Made by a program: the position numbers and the translations under genes. This document shows, piece after piece, positions 1 through 12,861 of a DNA stretch of 64,000 bases. The stretch's first letter is position 1. Each line of letters starts with the position of its first letter. The stretch comes from Selaginella moellendorffii (Eukaryota > Plantae > Lycopodiophyta). Under the pieces are notes generated by a model, which ran no database searches, was not told where the DNA came from, and worked only from the letters and a program-made list of their open reading frames with translations. The DNA lies in the NCBI RefSeq assembly GCF_000143415.4, contig NW_003314354.1, forward strand, positions 459,989 to 523,988, written 5' to 3'.

Positions 1-80
1 GTTTTAGCAGTGGGTGTGGCAATTATGCAGTGACAAATTCATTAACCAAGTCATAGTTTTTTATCTTGTCTTTGCTTGAT
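1..80 (-). repeat. Exact copy of Helitron Rep-domain segment 5479-5558 (fragment of a second Helitron copy running off the window start)
   Basis: Bases 1-80 match 5479-5558 base for base; both ORF-track peptides end SSKDKIKNYDLVNEFVTA. Confidence 0.92.
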
Positions 81-940
81 GGTGCTTTCCGCTGTGTTGT
101 TGATTTCTTCATTTCTCTTGCTCTGGACTGTTGTTTCAGAAGTAACAGGAGTATTTTTATCAATCGTGATAGTGGTTTCCACATTCCCAGATGGGTAATA
201 AGGACCAGGAGTGTAATATGGAGATTGTGGTAGTGAAATAAAATTAACATTCTCACATTCCTTTGCACTACAACTCTTACTCACAGATCTTGTATTTTCC
301 TTGCTTCCCATCTTCTCAAGAACCCTAAAAACTCTTTTGAATGAAGGAATAGTATCTACAGCTGTAAAAGTATTCAAAATATTAAGTAGTCAAATCAAAT
401 ATGATAGCTGTAACAGTTGCCATAATAAAATAATATAGTTTTATAAAAGATAGGTTCTCATGAACTTTGTCTTTTTTAAACAATTCAATCTTATAGAAAC
501 TTTTAACTTAGATATTTACGTATTTTAATATTTTAAAGTTTGCTAGAACCTTCATTTGTTCAATTTAGATCTCCTTTGTAATATTTTTTATTGACTATGT
601 TGACTTGAGTTGACTTGTGTTGAATTGAGCTCAACTCATGAGCTCAACTCAACTTTGGACCATCCCCCAAATGTAATTGTATTCTCCAAAACTTTATCAA
701 GCTTCCCATTGAGCTCCTTGCCTTCTCCAACTGTCAGCCCTTGAAGTAGCTTGCATCGTCTGTTACACAGCCACCTTCCTTGATCCTCTACACTATTCAG
801 AAACTTAAGAGCTAGATCTTCTTGCCCAGTCTCTACATTCAAAGTGTTCCAGGAGACAAGCGTGATCGGCTCAAGTTGTTGATCAGCAAATTGGGCTCAT
901 TTGTGTTTCTACAGTGTTAGTGGTGGTCAAGACACAATGG

Positions 941-1026
941 AAAGCATAGGAGGCTTTTTGAGTGCTCAACACAGCCTAGAAAAGGTGTGCCAATCCTCTG
1001 TCTAAGTTTTGTTGCTTGCTAGATTA
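941..1026 (-). repeat. Inverted-repeat copy A of an 86-bp segment (partner at 7461-7546)
   Basis: Reverse complement aligns to 7461-7546 without gaps, 73/86 identical by manual count. Confidence 0.85.
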
Positions 1027-1395
1027 GTGTTGATCAAATAGCAAACATAGGTAACCTTTGGCTTTCTTGAGCAAAGTGGAATAAGAATGTATTTTTAAAC
1101 CTGAATCTAAAATTAAGCACATTATTGAAACTTAAAGTTAAAACTAAGTCTAAGGCTATAAATGTATTCTCAAATTTTTGATTTTCTGTTTTTCTCCTCA
1201 TTAATTATTATATTGAATCCTACTCATTACACAAACCTAAATATGGAAATGTTAGCAATTTGATTAATAACCCCTTTTCCTTGGATGATATGAACTTAAA
1301 GCTAAACTTAAACATACAAACAAAGAATTATAAAGTAGATTATTTTGATCCTTTATTAATTAATCATTTTTATTTTAGATTAATTCTTTTTTTAC

Positions 1396-1806
1396 TTAAA
1401 GTTTTCTATGAAGACCACCTCCTCCAGATATATCTCCTCCAAGAAGTCCAGCACCACGAGCACCAGCACCCCCACCAGCACCACCACCAGCACCCCCACC
1501 AGCACCACCACCAGCACCACCACCAACGCCACCACCACCAACGCCACCAGTGCCACCACCAGCACCACCATCACCAACAGCACCAGTACCACCACCAGCA
1601 CCCCCACCACCACCACCACTCCCATCATCACCAGGACATAAATTTGTATCCATATCAGGATCATCTTTACAAATGCCATCAAAACAAGCAATATCCCCTT
1701 TACACTCATTATGACTTGAACAAGATTCACCACATGTTTTAAGTCTTGCTTCTACAGCTAGAATTAAACTTATAAATGCAAAGAATAAAACATAACTATA
1801 AGCCAT
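1396..1806 (-). CDS. Secreted Kissper-like (kiwellin N-terminal) six-cysteine peptide with a glycine-rich tail
   Basis: Intact 136-aa single-exon ORF; hydrophobic signal peptide ending VEA; C-x3-C-x5-C-x5-C-x4-C-x10-C with CKDDP, matching the Kissper spacing and CNDDP motif; GGGA-type repeat tail. Confidence 0.8.
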   Translation of the reverse strand: MAYSYVLFFAFISLILAVEARLKTCGESCSSHNECKGDIACFDGICKDDPDMDTNLCPGDDGSGGGGGGAGGGTGAVGDGGAGGGTGGVGGGGVGGGAGGGAGGGAGGGAGGGAGARGAGLLGGDISGGGGLHRKL

Positions 1807-3012
1807 ATTTAATCAAGAGAAAATTTCAGATTGTGTTATGAATCAAAACATCCTTCTTTTATACTACAACTAATTGTTAGTCCTCTTTACATTTCCTTAA
1901 TATTATGTTGACACTTGGCTTCAAATAGAACTTTGCATAGCTTCATGGCATGTGCCTTAAAATTGAAGTTTATAATTCTCTAATATATAAAATACAGCTG
2001 GATAAACACCAAATGGCTCATTATTATAATATAATATTAGAAATATAAAACCTTTAGTATTACATGGCATAATGTCATGCATGGTCTACCCAAAGATGGA
2101 TCACTTTACCCCTACCAGTCCATGGAGTGCACTCTCGAGTCTGATGGTCTCCAGCAATCCACAACAAGGGCAAGAAGCTATGGGAGATCAATGCGGACAA
2201 GCACGGCTACTGCCATAGTGTCTATTGGGTCCATGGTGATATGTACCATATGAGAACTCTCATTACCAGTTTCTTGGAAGGTGAGTGATAGAAAAATTTT
2301 CATGGCATTATTGACCAATGGAGATAGAATCTTCTTTAGACCAATGCCTAGATATTGTTTGTTACCCTTTATTTTATAACTTTTAAATACACCTGACCAC
2401 CAACAGCCAAATGTTTAGAAAAATACTTAAATTTATCTTGCTGCAGAGCTTTGCCTAATCCAATTGATAGATTTATGGCAGCAGCGAGGAAGGCACTGAT
2501 GAGCTAAGTGCCAAGCGAATAAGATTCTAGAAGATTTCTTCTAGGGTTTCATCGTCCGCCTTTGCTAGATGAGGAGCTGTGTCTTTTGCCCGATCGTTGC
2601 CCTGTTCCTAGATTCCATACAAGCATTGTCTTCAGGCAAGTTGCACTCTTCCATTTTGAACACAAAGAGCCCAAAGAATACTTCCAAGTCCATCTTTGGT
2701 GTAGGTGTTGCTACTTGCTCCACAGCCTGCTAGAGAGGTTCCTCCTAGGATGAGCCAAAAACCATTATACTGCAATGAGAGTTGCACTCAAGAAGCAATA
2801 GGATGAAAATTGTACCTTTGCCATTAGTAGCTCAATAGCACATTACCATAACCAAAATGACACACCACCCAATGCACACCACTCAGTGCCAATTTTCTTG
2901 TGGTGTGCACTTGAAACTCAAAATTGCAGGTCAAAGGTGGCTGAGTAGATAGGGATTTGGAATTATGTCATGTATTTGTTAGTCTACTTAAGAATTTCAG
3001 CCTAGACTGTAT

Positions 3013-6000
3013 TCATAGTATAAAAGTGTTGATCATATGGTATAAGATTGCCTTGAAGGGGGGTTGCAAGCATTTGAACACGAAGTTGTTTAGGTGATTT
3101 GCACCTTGAGAGAGCAATATAAAGTTGACAATATGTGAAAATAGGTTGGGGGAGAAGAAGGTCAAAAGTTTGGCTTTGGGCTTAGAAATAGTTAAGCAAT
3201 AACCTAGACAAATTGGGAATTGTCTTCGGGACATCTTAAAAGGGATTTTAACATCAGAAGATGTAAGGGTAATATGTGGAATAAAAACTTGCAATCCTAT
3301 GAATTGTCCTGTGATAATTTCATAATCTAAAATGTTTTGAGATGCTTGCTTGACCATTTCATAAACCAATTTGTGGAGATATGTTCCTAAGAAGAATCAA
3401 AATCACATTTTGTTTTAGAATTAATTTGTGTGGTGGGGTGATTGAATTTAAAAATTTAATTGGGAACTCTTCAGGGTGATCTAAGTCAACCGTGTCAATG
3501 CTCAAGTAACTATATGGAGCACTTGATAGTCTTCCAACAATGTCATTATTTATTTTGATCGTATCATCATTGAGTGGGGTGAGAATAATCTTTGATGTAG
3601 CTGTGTAAGTTTTTTATAATGTCATTTGTATTTGGGAAAATAAAGTTTACAATAGGTGTAGAGATAGATAGTGCATGTGGTATTTTGATAATATTTGGTG
3701 GGAGACATGGCAACTACAAACTACTATCACCAATTTGACAAGCCATTTAGAAAAACAAAGATTGCTTGAATGCATGTTTTTTATTAGTGTTAGTGTTGTA
3801 AAGAGTGACCATAGTTTATTCATTTTAACTAAGTTTGAAATAATAGAAGTTTGATAGCCATAGGGAACAACAAAAAGAGTTTGATGAAAGTCACCACTTG
3901 TAATCACTGTAACACCTCCAAATGGTTTAGAATTACATTTGAGATGCTTTAAACATTTATCAACTGTAAAGAAAGCATACATGTGGACCATATTAATTTC
4001 CTTCTATATAAGAATATTTGGTTGTTTAATGGTTTTTCTAGCAACACTATTAATTGTTAAAGTAGAGATAGAAGTCCCATTTAAAGGAATAAGAAGTTTA
4101 AAAGTTGTATGTGCTATTTGACTATATTTTAGTAAAAATACTTGCAATTCCAGTCCATGCCATACTTATTACTTTTTATTTTTTTAATTGTCATACTATA
4201 ATGATGTAGAAAAGTTTTCCCAGTACCATCAGGTCCATCAATAAAGAAACATTGATACTAGTTAGTGTCAATGGCATTCATAATAAACTCAAAAATATAA
4301 CATTTTTTATAACTAAATTTATTTATGTTTGTATTGATTTGGTCTTGTGATGGATCAAGGAGCATGTGTTCGATAATGGGAGTAAGAGTTGAAAGTGGTA
4401 AACCAAAATCACAATTAAATTTATTGTGTAGTTGGAATTTTGAGTTAATATTTAGTAAAGCAATATCAAAATAGTTTATATCATTTCTAACATAATCCTT
4501 AGACATATCAATTTTGAACTGATCCCATAATAGATTTGGATCTTTTAGTGAACAATACAAATAAATAAAAATAAATAACTATCTTAATTGGGATGGCATT
4601 TTAAAAGTAAAAGCTTTATATATGCAATGTTGCCATTTGCTAAAAGTCCCATTGCCATAACTGCTTGTTTAAAAGAAGATAAAATAACACCTTTGACAAT
4701 ACATATTTCCTCAAATGTTATAGCACCTTTTTTATGGAATAATATAAGCCATAAGTGGTATAACTCACTATTAGAAGGAGATATTAAATACATTCTTGGT
4801 ATGAGTTTAGCTTTTTATTGATGTAATTGCCATTTATGAAAGGATTTGTTATATATGTAGTGTAATGGAATTTGAGCATATATGTATTGCCTTGCATTAG
4901 TATCTTGTGTAAGCATTGTTCTATTTTGAGTGGCTCTTTCTAGTGCTTTTTATTCATGATCTGGTATGAAATAGATGTTTTAAAAATTAGGAAAATGAAT
5001 TACAAATTGTATAATAGTTAGTGATTTATCATGCATATGAAACTTAAATATATGCCACATAGCTTCAGAAGTAGAAATATATTGAGTATCAACAAAACTT
5101 GAGTTTTTGTCCCAATTTAAAGTTCCTCATTCTTCATATGCAATTAGGAATTTTAATGTTGCACAGTGATAACCTTTATATACATATTGAAATAAATATT
5201 TAATAGTTTTAATAGAAGTGCACATCTTTATATTGATATGTGCTTTATATTTCTTATAAAGGTATTTATTATAAAAAATAACCCATCTATTGTCAATAGT
5301 ATAATCATTTTTATAAAAGTCTATCTGTTATTAGGTTGGTCGTAATCAGAATAACCATCAACACAATAAATAGCTTCAATATTAAATTATTTTGGATAAT
5401 TTTTAGAGTATTTATTATTTATATGCTTCCCACATAGACCATATATCCTATGATTTATAATTATGTTATGCAATTTTGGTTTTAGCAGTGGGTGTGGCAA
5501 TTATGCAGTGACAAATTCATTAACCAAGTCATAGTTTTTTATCTTGTCTTTGCTTGATAACATTCCTAAGAAATGATAATGAGGCAAACCTCTTTTCTGG
5601 AATTCAATAACATAAATATATGCGATGCATTTCCCAAAAATTCCTTTGATACTTATATCATGTAGAAATTCTTTAAGTTTTAAGTTGAAAACTCTTGAAA
5701 TAAGATCAAGTCGATCCTCAAATAATTCATTCAACTCTAAGTTTTACAAAATTTCAGGCCACTTTAGGTTACATATAAATGTAATAAATAAATCAAATTT
5801 TCCAAAATGTATAACAATAACAATAGCATCTTGATAATATTATTGCATTGCTCATGAGCTACCAAGAAATGTAGAAGGTAAAATTATAACTTTTCCAAAT
5901 TTAACATTATTATTAGTAACTCTGTTATTAACATAGTCCATAAGACCTATGTAGTAATCCAAATTTAAGGTGTGAAAGAAATTAAAGTTGTTAAATTCAA

Positions 6001-7170
6001 CCTTTATATAAGCATCAATCATAAATTGTTGACTAAACTTCCCAGCATGTAGCAATTGATCATAAAGGAAAGAGTTGCCAATGCTATCTCATTGAGAAAA
6101 TTGATATATATAGTACTAAAGTACTGTTACATGTGACTCATTGTGGTAGGTTTTTTCATGCTAACATTTATCACCAAATGGTAAAAGTAAAGGATAAACC
6201 ATAGGATTATAATTTTCATTAAGAATAGAAAATTTTTTTGGCTATGAGTTAGATGGATGTATGTATATTCCTCTATCAAAAAATGCCTCACCCTCATCAA
6301 TAGCAAAAACAATAGTAACATCATTAGTCAGTGGCAAGTTATAACAATGTAGATTAATACCTTCACTTTTAACAATCATGTAAACACTATATTTCAGAGT
6401 TCCATTGCAAATTGAGAGACATTGTTCTTGTGATTCAAAATCATACATCATTTGAAAAGCTTGTGCGTATGGGTTTATTATTCTTAGCAAGTGATCTAAT
6501 TGTAATAGCAAATTAGGATCATAGTTTGTGTTGAATGGGTTTTGCTTTCTAATATTTGTAGCCTCAGATGCATCAAACATGTAAAGTTATCCATATGATG
6601 GTGGCACGTTTAGTAGCAGGATATGCTGAAACAATATTGTGATAAATTTGACCCTGTATTGTAAAGTAATATGGGACTTTACCACTTAAATTATCAACAT
6701 TAACACCCATTGATGCAAAAACCAAATGTTGATTTTATATGTTAATTTTAAAGTTTGAGTTTTTATTTTCATTAAAAAGCATACACAATATATGGGGAAG
6801 GGAAACCTTTCCATTCTTGCAGCATATTGATCTTGACTCATTTTCAAAATGTAATGCACCACAAAAGACATATATAAATGACATATTTCCAATATTAAAC
6901 ACATGTATTATATGGTCATTATAATTCTTTTGATGTGCTAATTTATAGACAATATAACTATGACAATTACATGCATTTATATTAGTTTCATTAGCATTTT
7001 AAAGGTCTATATTTGTATGATCTTCATCAGCATGTGCTATGTTTGTATTAGCATCGTCAAAATCTAAAGTAATTTTTGCATTAGCATGTTCAAAGTCTAG
7101 ATTAGTTTCTTCATTAACACATGCAAGGTTGTTGTGAGTGTGAATATATGTGCTAGTGTCAATAGTTGGA
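3013..7170 (-). mobile_element. Decayed Helitron RepHel gene (zinc knuckle, HUH Rep, PIF1 helicase) with many stops and frameshifts
   Basis: FCGALHFENE..CCKNGKVSLP at ~6800-6870; QQFMIDAYIKVE and VIILPSTFLGS; VIEFQKRGLPHYH (Rep motif 2); FFIDGPDGTGKTF Walker A at ~4215-4250; PFGGVTVITSGDFHQTL; RRQFPICLGYCLTISK. Element termini not identified. Confidence 0.92.
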
Positions 7171-7460
7171 GGCAACTAGTGAGGTATACTTCTTAATACT
7201 TGCGAAGCTAAGGTATATTTGCTAGGGAGGAAGTTTTAAATTAAATGAAATAACCTATCTAGTGCAAATTTAAACTTAAGGCAAGAAGTAAATGTGAGTG
7301 ATACATCAATCTAAAAGAAAATCAAAGCACTTATCTTAAAATTTTTAGAGATTGCCAAAACTTGCATTCTTCCACTAGAAAAAAATATATATAAAAAAAA
7401 TTGAAGACTATATAGTGAGAGCATAATCTGTACATGCCTTAAGCTATAAACAAAAGAGAT

Positions 7461-7546
7461 TAATCTAGTAACCAACAAAACCTAGACATAGGACTAGCAC
7501 ACCTTTTCCAAGGTGTGGTGAGAATTCAAAAAGCCTCCCATGCTTT
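7461..7546 (+). repeat. Inverted-repeat copy B of the 86-bp segment (partner at 941-1026)
   Basis: Ungapped manual alignment with 13 mismatches. Confidence 0.85.
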
Positions 7547-8550
7547 TTAGAATACAATGATGCTTGAGCCGTGAGAGGTGGGTGGGGTTTGCAAGTTCAA
7601 GAACTCACCTTAGGCTTGTTCTTTCTCGTGGAAGGATAGAGACTACAAACTCTCTAATAGTTCTTCATAAACCCAAATGAAGATGTCTCAAATTTCCACA
7701 GCACATAAAAATCTAGATTGTTGTGGTTGGGGGCAAAATTAGTGGCTGCCAACCTGACGCTAAACATGGATCTCCATAGGAAGAAGTGTAATTGCTGCAA
7801 TTGCTAGTGATCTAGCAAGCAAGTATTAGCTCAATTGCGGCAGAGCACCTAGGGTGAGCTAAAACGAATGGGCACAAGGGCAGGACACATAGGTGACACA
7901 TGTCAGATGCCTATGTTGCCTTGTTTGAAGCCAATGAGCACTAAAGTTGTGATGGCCTCCTATTGGCCAGGGCTAACATTAGGAAAATTATTCGTGCAAC
8001 CATGCAAACAAAGCTTGGCCTGGGTCTGGGATCCAATGGCTGGCAGGCCTCCTTGCTAGAGGGAATTGTTCATATTAGAGACCCACAGGCATATGCCAGC
8101 ATGCTTCTTGTCCAAATTTATAGACTTTCCTAAACACTTCCTAGTATATTCTAATTTATTTACCATCTAATGATTGATAGACAATAAGATAAATCTTGTG
8201 TTTATAAATTATAAACATACATTTGATCAATTGTTGAATAACACAACTATTAAATAAACCAAGCATTATTGTATGCTGTTCACATAGCAAATAATTTGAT
8301 TATCAATATCAGTTTTCATGTAGCTCTCACAAAAAAAAATGGTTTGAATAAAATGAAATTAGGCACATATACATATTTCAACATAATTCTTTTATATATA
8401 GCTATAAATCTGGAATTGAATATAGTTATCAATATATATAACATTTATGCAACTAAAATCAACCTGGTTTTTATTATACATAACATATACTTAAGAAAAT
8501 TATATTAGAAAATTATATATAAAAATTATAGTTCTTTGAAGTTTTATTCT

Positions 8551-8820
8551 GAAAGTGTAATATAATATAATTTTCAATATAGACAATGTTGTGGTGTATG
8601 TAATATGAAACTAGAAGACAATATTGTTTTTAGTGTAGATGTTATATCATTCTCTCAACTACTATAATAAAACTAGAACAAAATATAGTTTTTAGTATAG
8701 ATAATATTCTGTTGTATTATATTATACAAACTTGGAACATAATATAGTTTATAATATAGACAATATCAACAAATATTTTCAAACTGGAAAACAAAATTTA
8801 TGAAAACAAAATTTATTATA
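8551..8820. repeat. Degenerate AT-rich minisatellite, period ~55-62 nt, 4-5 units
   Basis: Recurring core close to AAACTAGAACAAAATATAGTTTTTAGTATAGA at ~8551, 8607, 8669, 8727 and 8780. Confidence 0.6.
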
Positions 8821-11800
8821 TGAATAACTTGCAATTTATAATACCTTGAACAATAGGCTAGTATGGTATTTTTTCTTAAGCTTATGATGTTTTATATGTA
8901 GGGCTGTTGGCCAGCCATGGACTGGGAGGAAAGTTGGTACTAGATATGACAAATATTTTTAGTGCCAAAAGTGGTGTGTAATGAAAAAAAGTAAATTGAA
9001 ATTACCCAAGAGAAACTCTAGTAGTGGATCACTATACTAATTGCATGTTTTAGCTCTAGGGATTGTTCAGTTTGATCACACTTGCATCCTACCAATGAAT
9101 ATTATACTCTAAAAAGGTTTATATTGTGCCACACTTAGAACCACTTCCATTTGATTTTGGATATGGTTTCTCTAAGAGGTGTCTTCAACAATGATAGTCC
9201 AATAGAAGTGGCAATAGGTGATATAGTCAAAATCCATGGAAGAACTAAATATATGATGAAGGTACAAGCCAAGTGGATGGAGTCTATAACCAATAATCTC
9301 AATATATACAGTATTAGAAGAGGATATTTGATAAAGAAGTAAATGTTTTATCTTGTATATCTTCCTAGGCAGAGCAAAAGAAAAAAGTTAAATGAAATGG
9401 AGTTACACTTAAGTTTAAGCATTCAAAGAAGAAATACTTAATATATGCAAGAAGTAGTTAGGAATAGTTATAAAATCAATAACACTTAAATGTATTGGAA
9501 AACAATTCTCACTCATTGTTGTATGCATTTGCATTGAATTAACCATATTTTTTCCCGCTTATATCTATAGAATTGAGAAAGTGACATATACTTATCCTTA
9601 CTCATGCTTTTAGAGTTTGGGGCTCAATACTTCTATAATCTATTTTCTCATTCTTTTTTCTTCTCTCCTTCTATGTTTTTGTCTTTGTCTATTTGACACT
9701 ATTTTGCAAGTAAGGGGAGAACAAGTACAGGCAGAAAAAGCCTTACTCAACATCCTATACTAAATAGTAGTAATATAAATTTATTTATCTTACTAAAAGC
9801 GTATGGGAATTTCTTTAGACAAGTTCTAGCTAGAGACATCATTAGTTTGCAAAATGGTGCAATGTCAAAAGAATATTGTCAAGGAGAAAATACACCATTC
9901 ATCCTTTATATGTAGTAGGTTTTGGAAAGAAGACAACACACTTCCAAATAAAAAGAGGACTTACATCTTACTAGAAGGTAGCAATAATGTGGTAATGGTA
10001 GAAGAATGTTTTTTACTTCTACTTGACACTTCTTCATCCTTGGATTTTTCTTTTACTAGTTTGTTGTTATTCTTGCAACAAGACAAACATCATGATGGAG
10101 GGATTAGCAAAGTAAAACTTTTAATACTAGTAGCATGTTTAAGTTCTTGTTGCTCTTTAGACCATAGCAAAAATTGACTCCTATCTAGACAAGTACAATA
10201 CAAGGAAAAGAAGTGAGAACTTAAAAGGCTTCTTTATTTCTCTATTTACTCACTTAAGTAGACAACTTGGAAGAATACTCATCTTTGTCCTAGATTACAC
10301 ACAGCCATCTAAGCCTTATAGATGAAGCTAATTTATTTCCTTGGATGGCCTCCAATCACTTCAATGCTTGTCTTAATTGTGGACTCTTGTCCTTGGTCTT
10401 GTAATAAGTTGCAATGCTAAGCGCAAAGAAAATCAATGCATTCCCAAACTATTGCAAGTTTATTGATGCTAGAGACCAAGAATATCAATAAGGGACCAAG
10501 AAATATCAAGACTGCTTATTGTCCCTAATATGTACTACAATTTTAGAAACCTTAGCCCCCACAATAGTATTCTAGAATGGAGGAGAAATCCCTAGTGCCA
10601 TGGTTTTTAAGCATTAGAATATTCATAGAATCTCCTTGCCTGAATTAAAATATTCATCCATTAGCTCAATCAGCTGATCAATATGCAGTCAGGATACATC
10701 CAAAATTGGCTTGGTACCCAAAATGAAGAGTTGGGCGATACATTGGGTCAAATTTATCAATTCTAAATGTGGTTGATAATAGTGCATAACAAGAATTAAC
10801 AACTATCACTAAAGTAGTATAGCATCAAATTATCATTTCTTCATTTAAAATGAACAAATATCGATAAAAGTTTGACATAGTAACCTTGAAATAAATATTG
10901 CAACTACTACTTGAATTAAAGCCTTCTTTTGCCAACATAAAGTGATACTTTAGAAGTGAGAAATACATCTACCAATTGCCAAATTCATAAAAAATTGAAA
11001 TTGTGAAGGCCTTAAGTACATTGCTAAATAGGCTGTGAAGTTTGGATAGATAATCATTTTTAAAGAGGTTTGGTCCAAAAATACTTGGGACTACCACAAT
11101 AATATTTACTAGAAAAATATACTAAAACTATATCTATTTTCAAAATATATTGTGAATCATTCTTTATTTATAACAATATATGTAAATTGTACTAAAACTT
11201 AAGTGCATAGAAAGACCAAAACATTATTCCAAACTTACTCTCTCCATTAGTTAATTTTAAACTTTATCTATATCGGTGAATTATATAGAAAACTATAGAA
11301 ACCACACTAAAAACCACTCCTAGACTGATTGTCAAATAGCATATAAATCATATTAAAAACCAGCAAAAGATTTGTTATAGTCCCAGGCTAGAGTATGACT
11401 GAATTAAAAAAACATTCCCAAAACCAGTCGTATATATAGATTTTTCTAGTTTATTTTTAAAATATTTTCTGTAATGTAGCATAAAATTTTATATACTTTA
11501 TTATGAATTGAGAAAATTTAAAAGAAATATTTATCTTAATAAAATGACTCAAAAGCATGAACTTATAATATTATCAGAGAATTTGATAAATTATAACTTA
11601 TGAGCTATAATTATGAAATATATTAGTAATATTATGTAGCTAAAAATAAGGTTAAAAATAAAAAGAAAAATTTATGAAAATTTACAATAAATATATAATT
11701 TTAGGAATGTGTGATTTAGAAAATCAAAATTACACGAGCCTAGAGTCGGAGCGTGCAAGGCCTTAAATGCGAGAAATGATTGTGGAATTCCTTGAATCCG

Positions 11801-12156
11801 CAAGAGATCTTACGCTGGATTCGGTTATGATTCTAGCTAGCGACAATCACTGACTGACTATGACCACTCTCAAAGCGAGGAAGGAAGAACGATGCCCATC
11901 GAATTGAATGTGCGACTTGCTATATAGGAGTCCGTATGGAGTCCGCACCGCAGGATTTTCTTCTTGCTTGCTTGCTTGGTCGGTCTCTCTTTCTCCATCG
12001 CTCGTGTGCCGTGCGTGCGTGCGCCTTACCTACGAGATCTTCTATCTAATCCCACGGGCACCCACTTTAAAATCGCGAATCCACTATATATCTGCTTGGT
12101 ACTCCCCTCCTTCGATCGATCGACCGATCGATCATTCGTTCGATTGCGAAATCATC

Positions 12157-12861
12157 ATGTCTGCTACTGCTACTGTTGCTGCTGGTACAAGTGATTCGAG
12201 CGCGCGAGAATCACCGCCTGGGCCAGCGGCGGCGAATCGGGGCCATGCGAGGAAGAAGAAAATCAGCAGGAAGAACAGCGAGTACCGGGGGGTGAGGCGG
12301 CGTCCATGGGGCAGATTCGCGGCGGAGATTCGCGATCCAAACACGAAGGAGCGGCGGTGGCTGGGGACGTTTGATACCGCCGAGGAGGCGGCGCTTGCCT
12401 ACGATGTGGCCGCTAGGGCAATGCGAGGGATTCGCGCGCGCACCAATTTCGTCTTTGATCAATCTGATCGTCCAGCGGTGGCAGCAGCAGCAGCCGCGCC
12501 GCGATCTTCCTCTTCTTTCTGCGGGATCTCGAAATATCCTTCCAGTTCTTCGATGATGATCCAGCAGCAGCCCGGCGGCGCCAAGAGCCCCAAGCAGGTG
12601 GAGATCGAGCAAGTCCTGGAGAAATGCCGCATCTATCAGCTTCAGATCCAGAGCAAGAACGTCCAGCACGATCAATCGAGGGAGCGCGCAATGGCTGGTC
12701 CGGACTTCCCCCTTGCGCGCGACGACGACAATCTCCTCCAGATCCTCCAGCAGCCATCCCCTCAGCAGGAATGGGATCTCGGGGCGGCGATTGGTTTCTC
12801 GAGCCAGGAACACGAGATGATCGATTACTATGGCGAATCGAGCTTCTACTGTTTAACATAG
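12157..12861 (+). CDS. AP2/ERF transcription factor, ERF group VIII-b-like (ESR1/DRN/LEP/PUCHI type), single exon
   Basis: [56 protein letters not shown]; start placed at the in-frame ATG 12157 (MSATATV). Confidence 0.92.
   Translation: MSATATVAAGTSDSSARESPPGPAAANRGHARKKKISRKNSEYRGVRRRPWGRFAAEIRDPNTKERRWLGTFDTAEEAALAYDVAARAMRGIRARTNFVFDQSDRPAVAAAAAAPRSSSSFCGISKYPSSSSMMIQQQPGGAKSPKQVEIEQVLEKCRIYQLQIQSKNVQHDQSRERAMAGPDFPLARDDDNLLQILQQPSPQQEWDLGAAIGFSSQEHEMIDYYGESSFYCLT

Noticed and set aside
1260-1742. His-rich, Thr-rich and Val-rich ORFs overlapping 1396-1806
   Set aside because: Alternative-frame shadows of the Gly-codon repeat; only the minus-strand frame has a signal peptide and a Cys module.
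2080-2950. Exon-like GC-richer patches between the Kissper gene and the Helitron
   Set aside because: No family could be recognised in any frame; not reported as genes.
7494-7517. Hairpin CACACCTT-ttcc-AAGGTGTG next to CTAG as a Helitron 3' terminus
   Set aside because: It lies on the wrong side of the RepHel ORF, has no spacer before CTAG, and is not conserved in the homologous copy at 941-1026.
8551-8820. CRISPR array
   Set aside because: Eukaryotic context, degenerate repeats, short and mutually similar spacers, and no cas genes.
9000-10760. Short ORFs in AT-rich DNA
   Set aside because: Frequent stops and no recognisable motifs; probably decayed repeats.
11908-12156. N-terminal extension of the ERF ORF
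   Set aside because: Contains a TATA-like element and CGAT-rich UTR-like sequence; the ATG at 12157 is the more plausible start.
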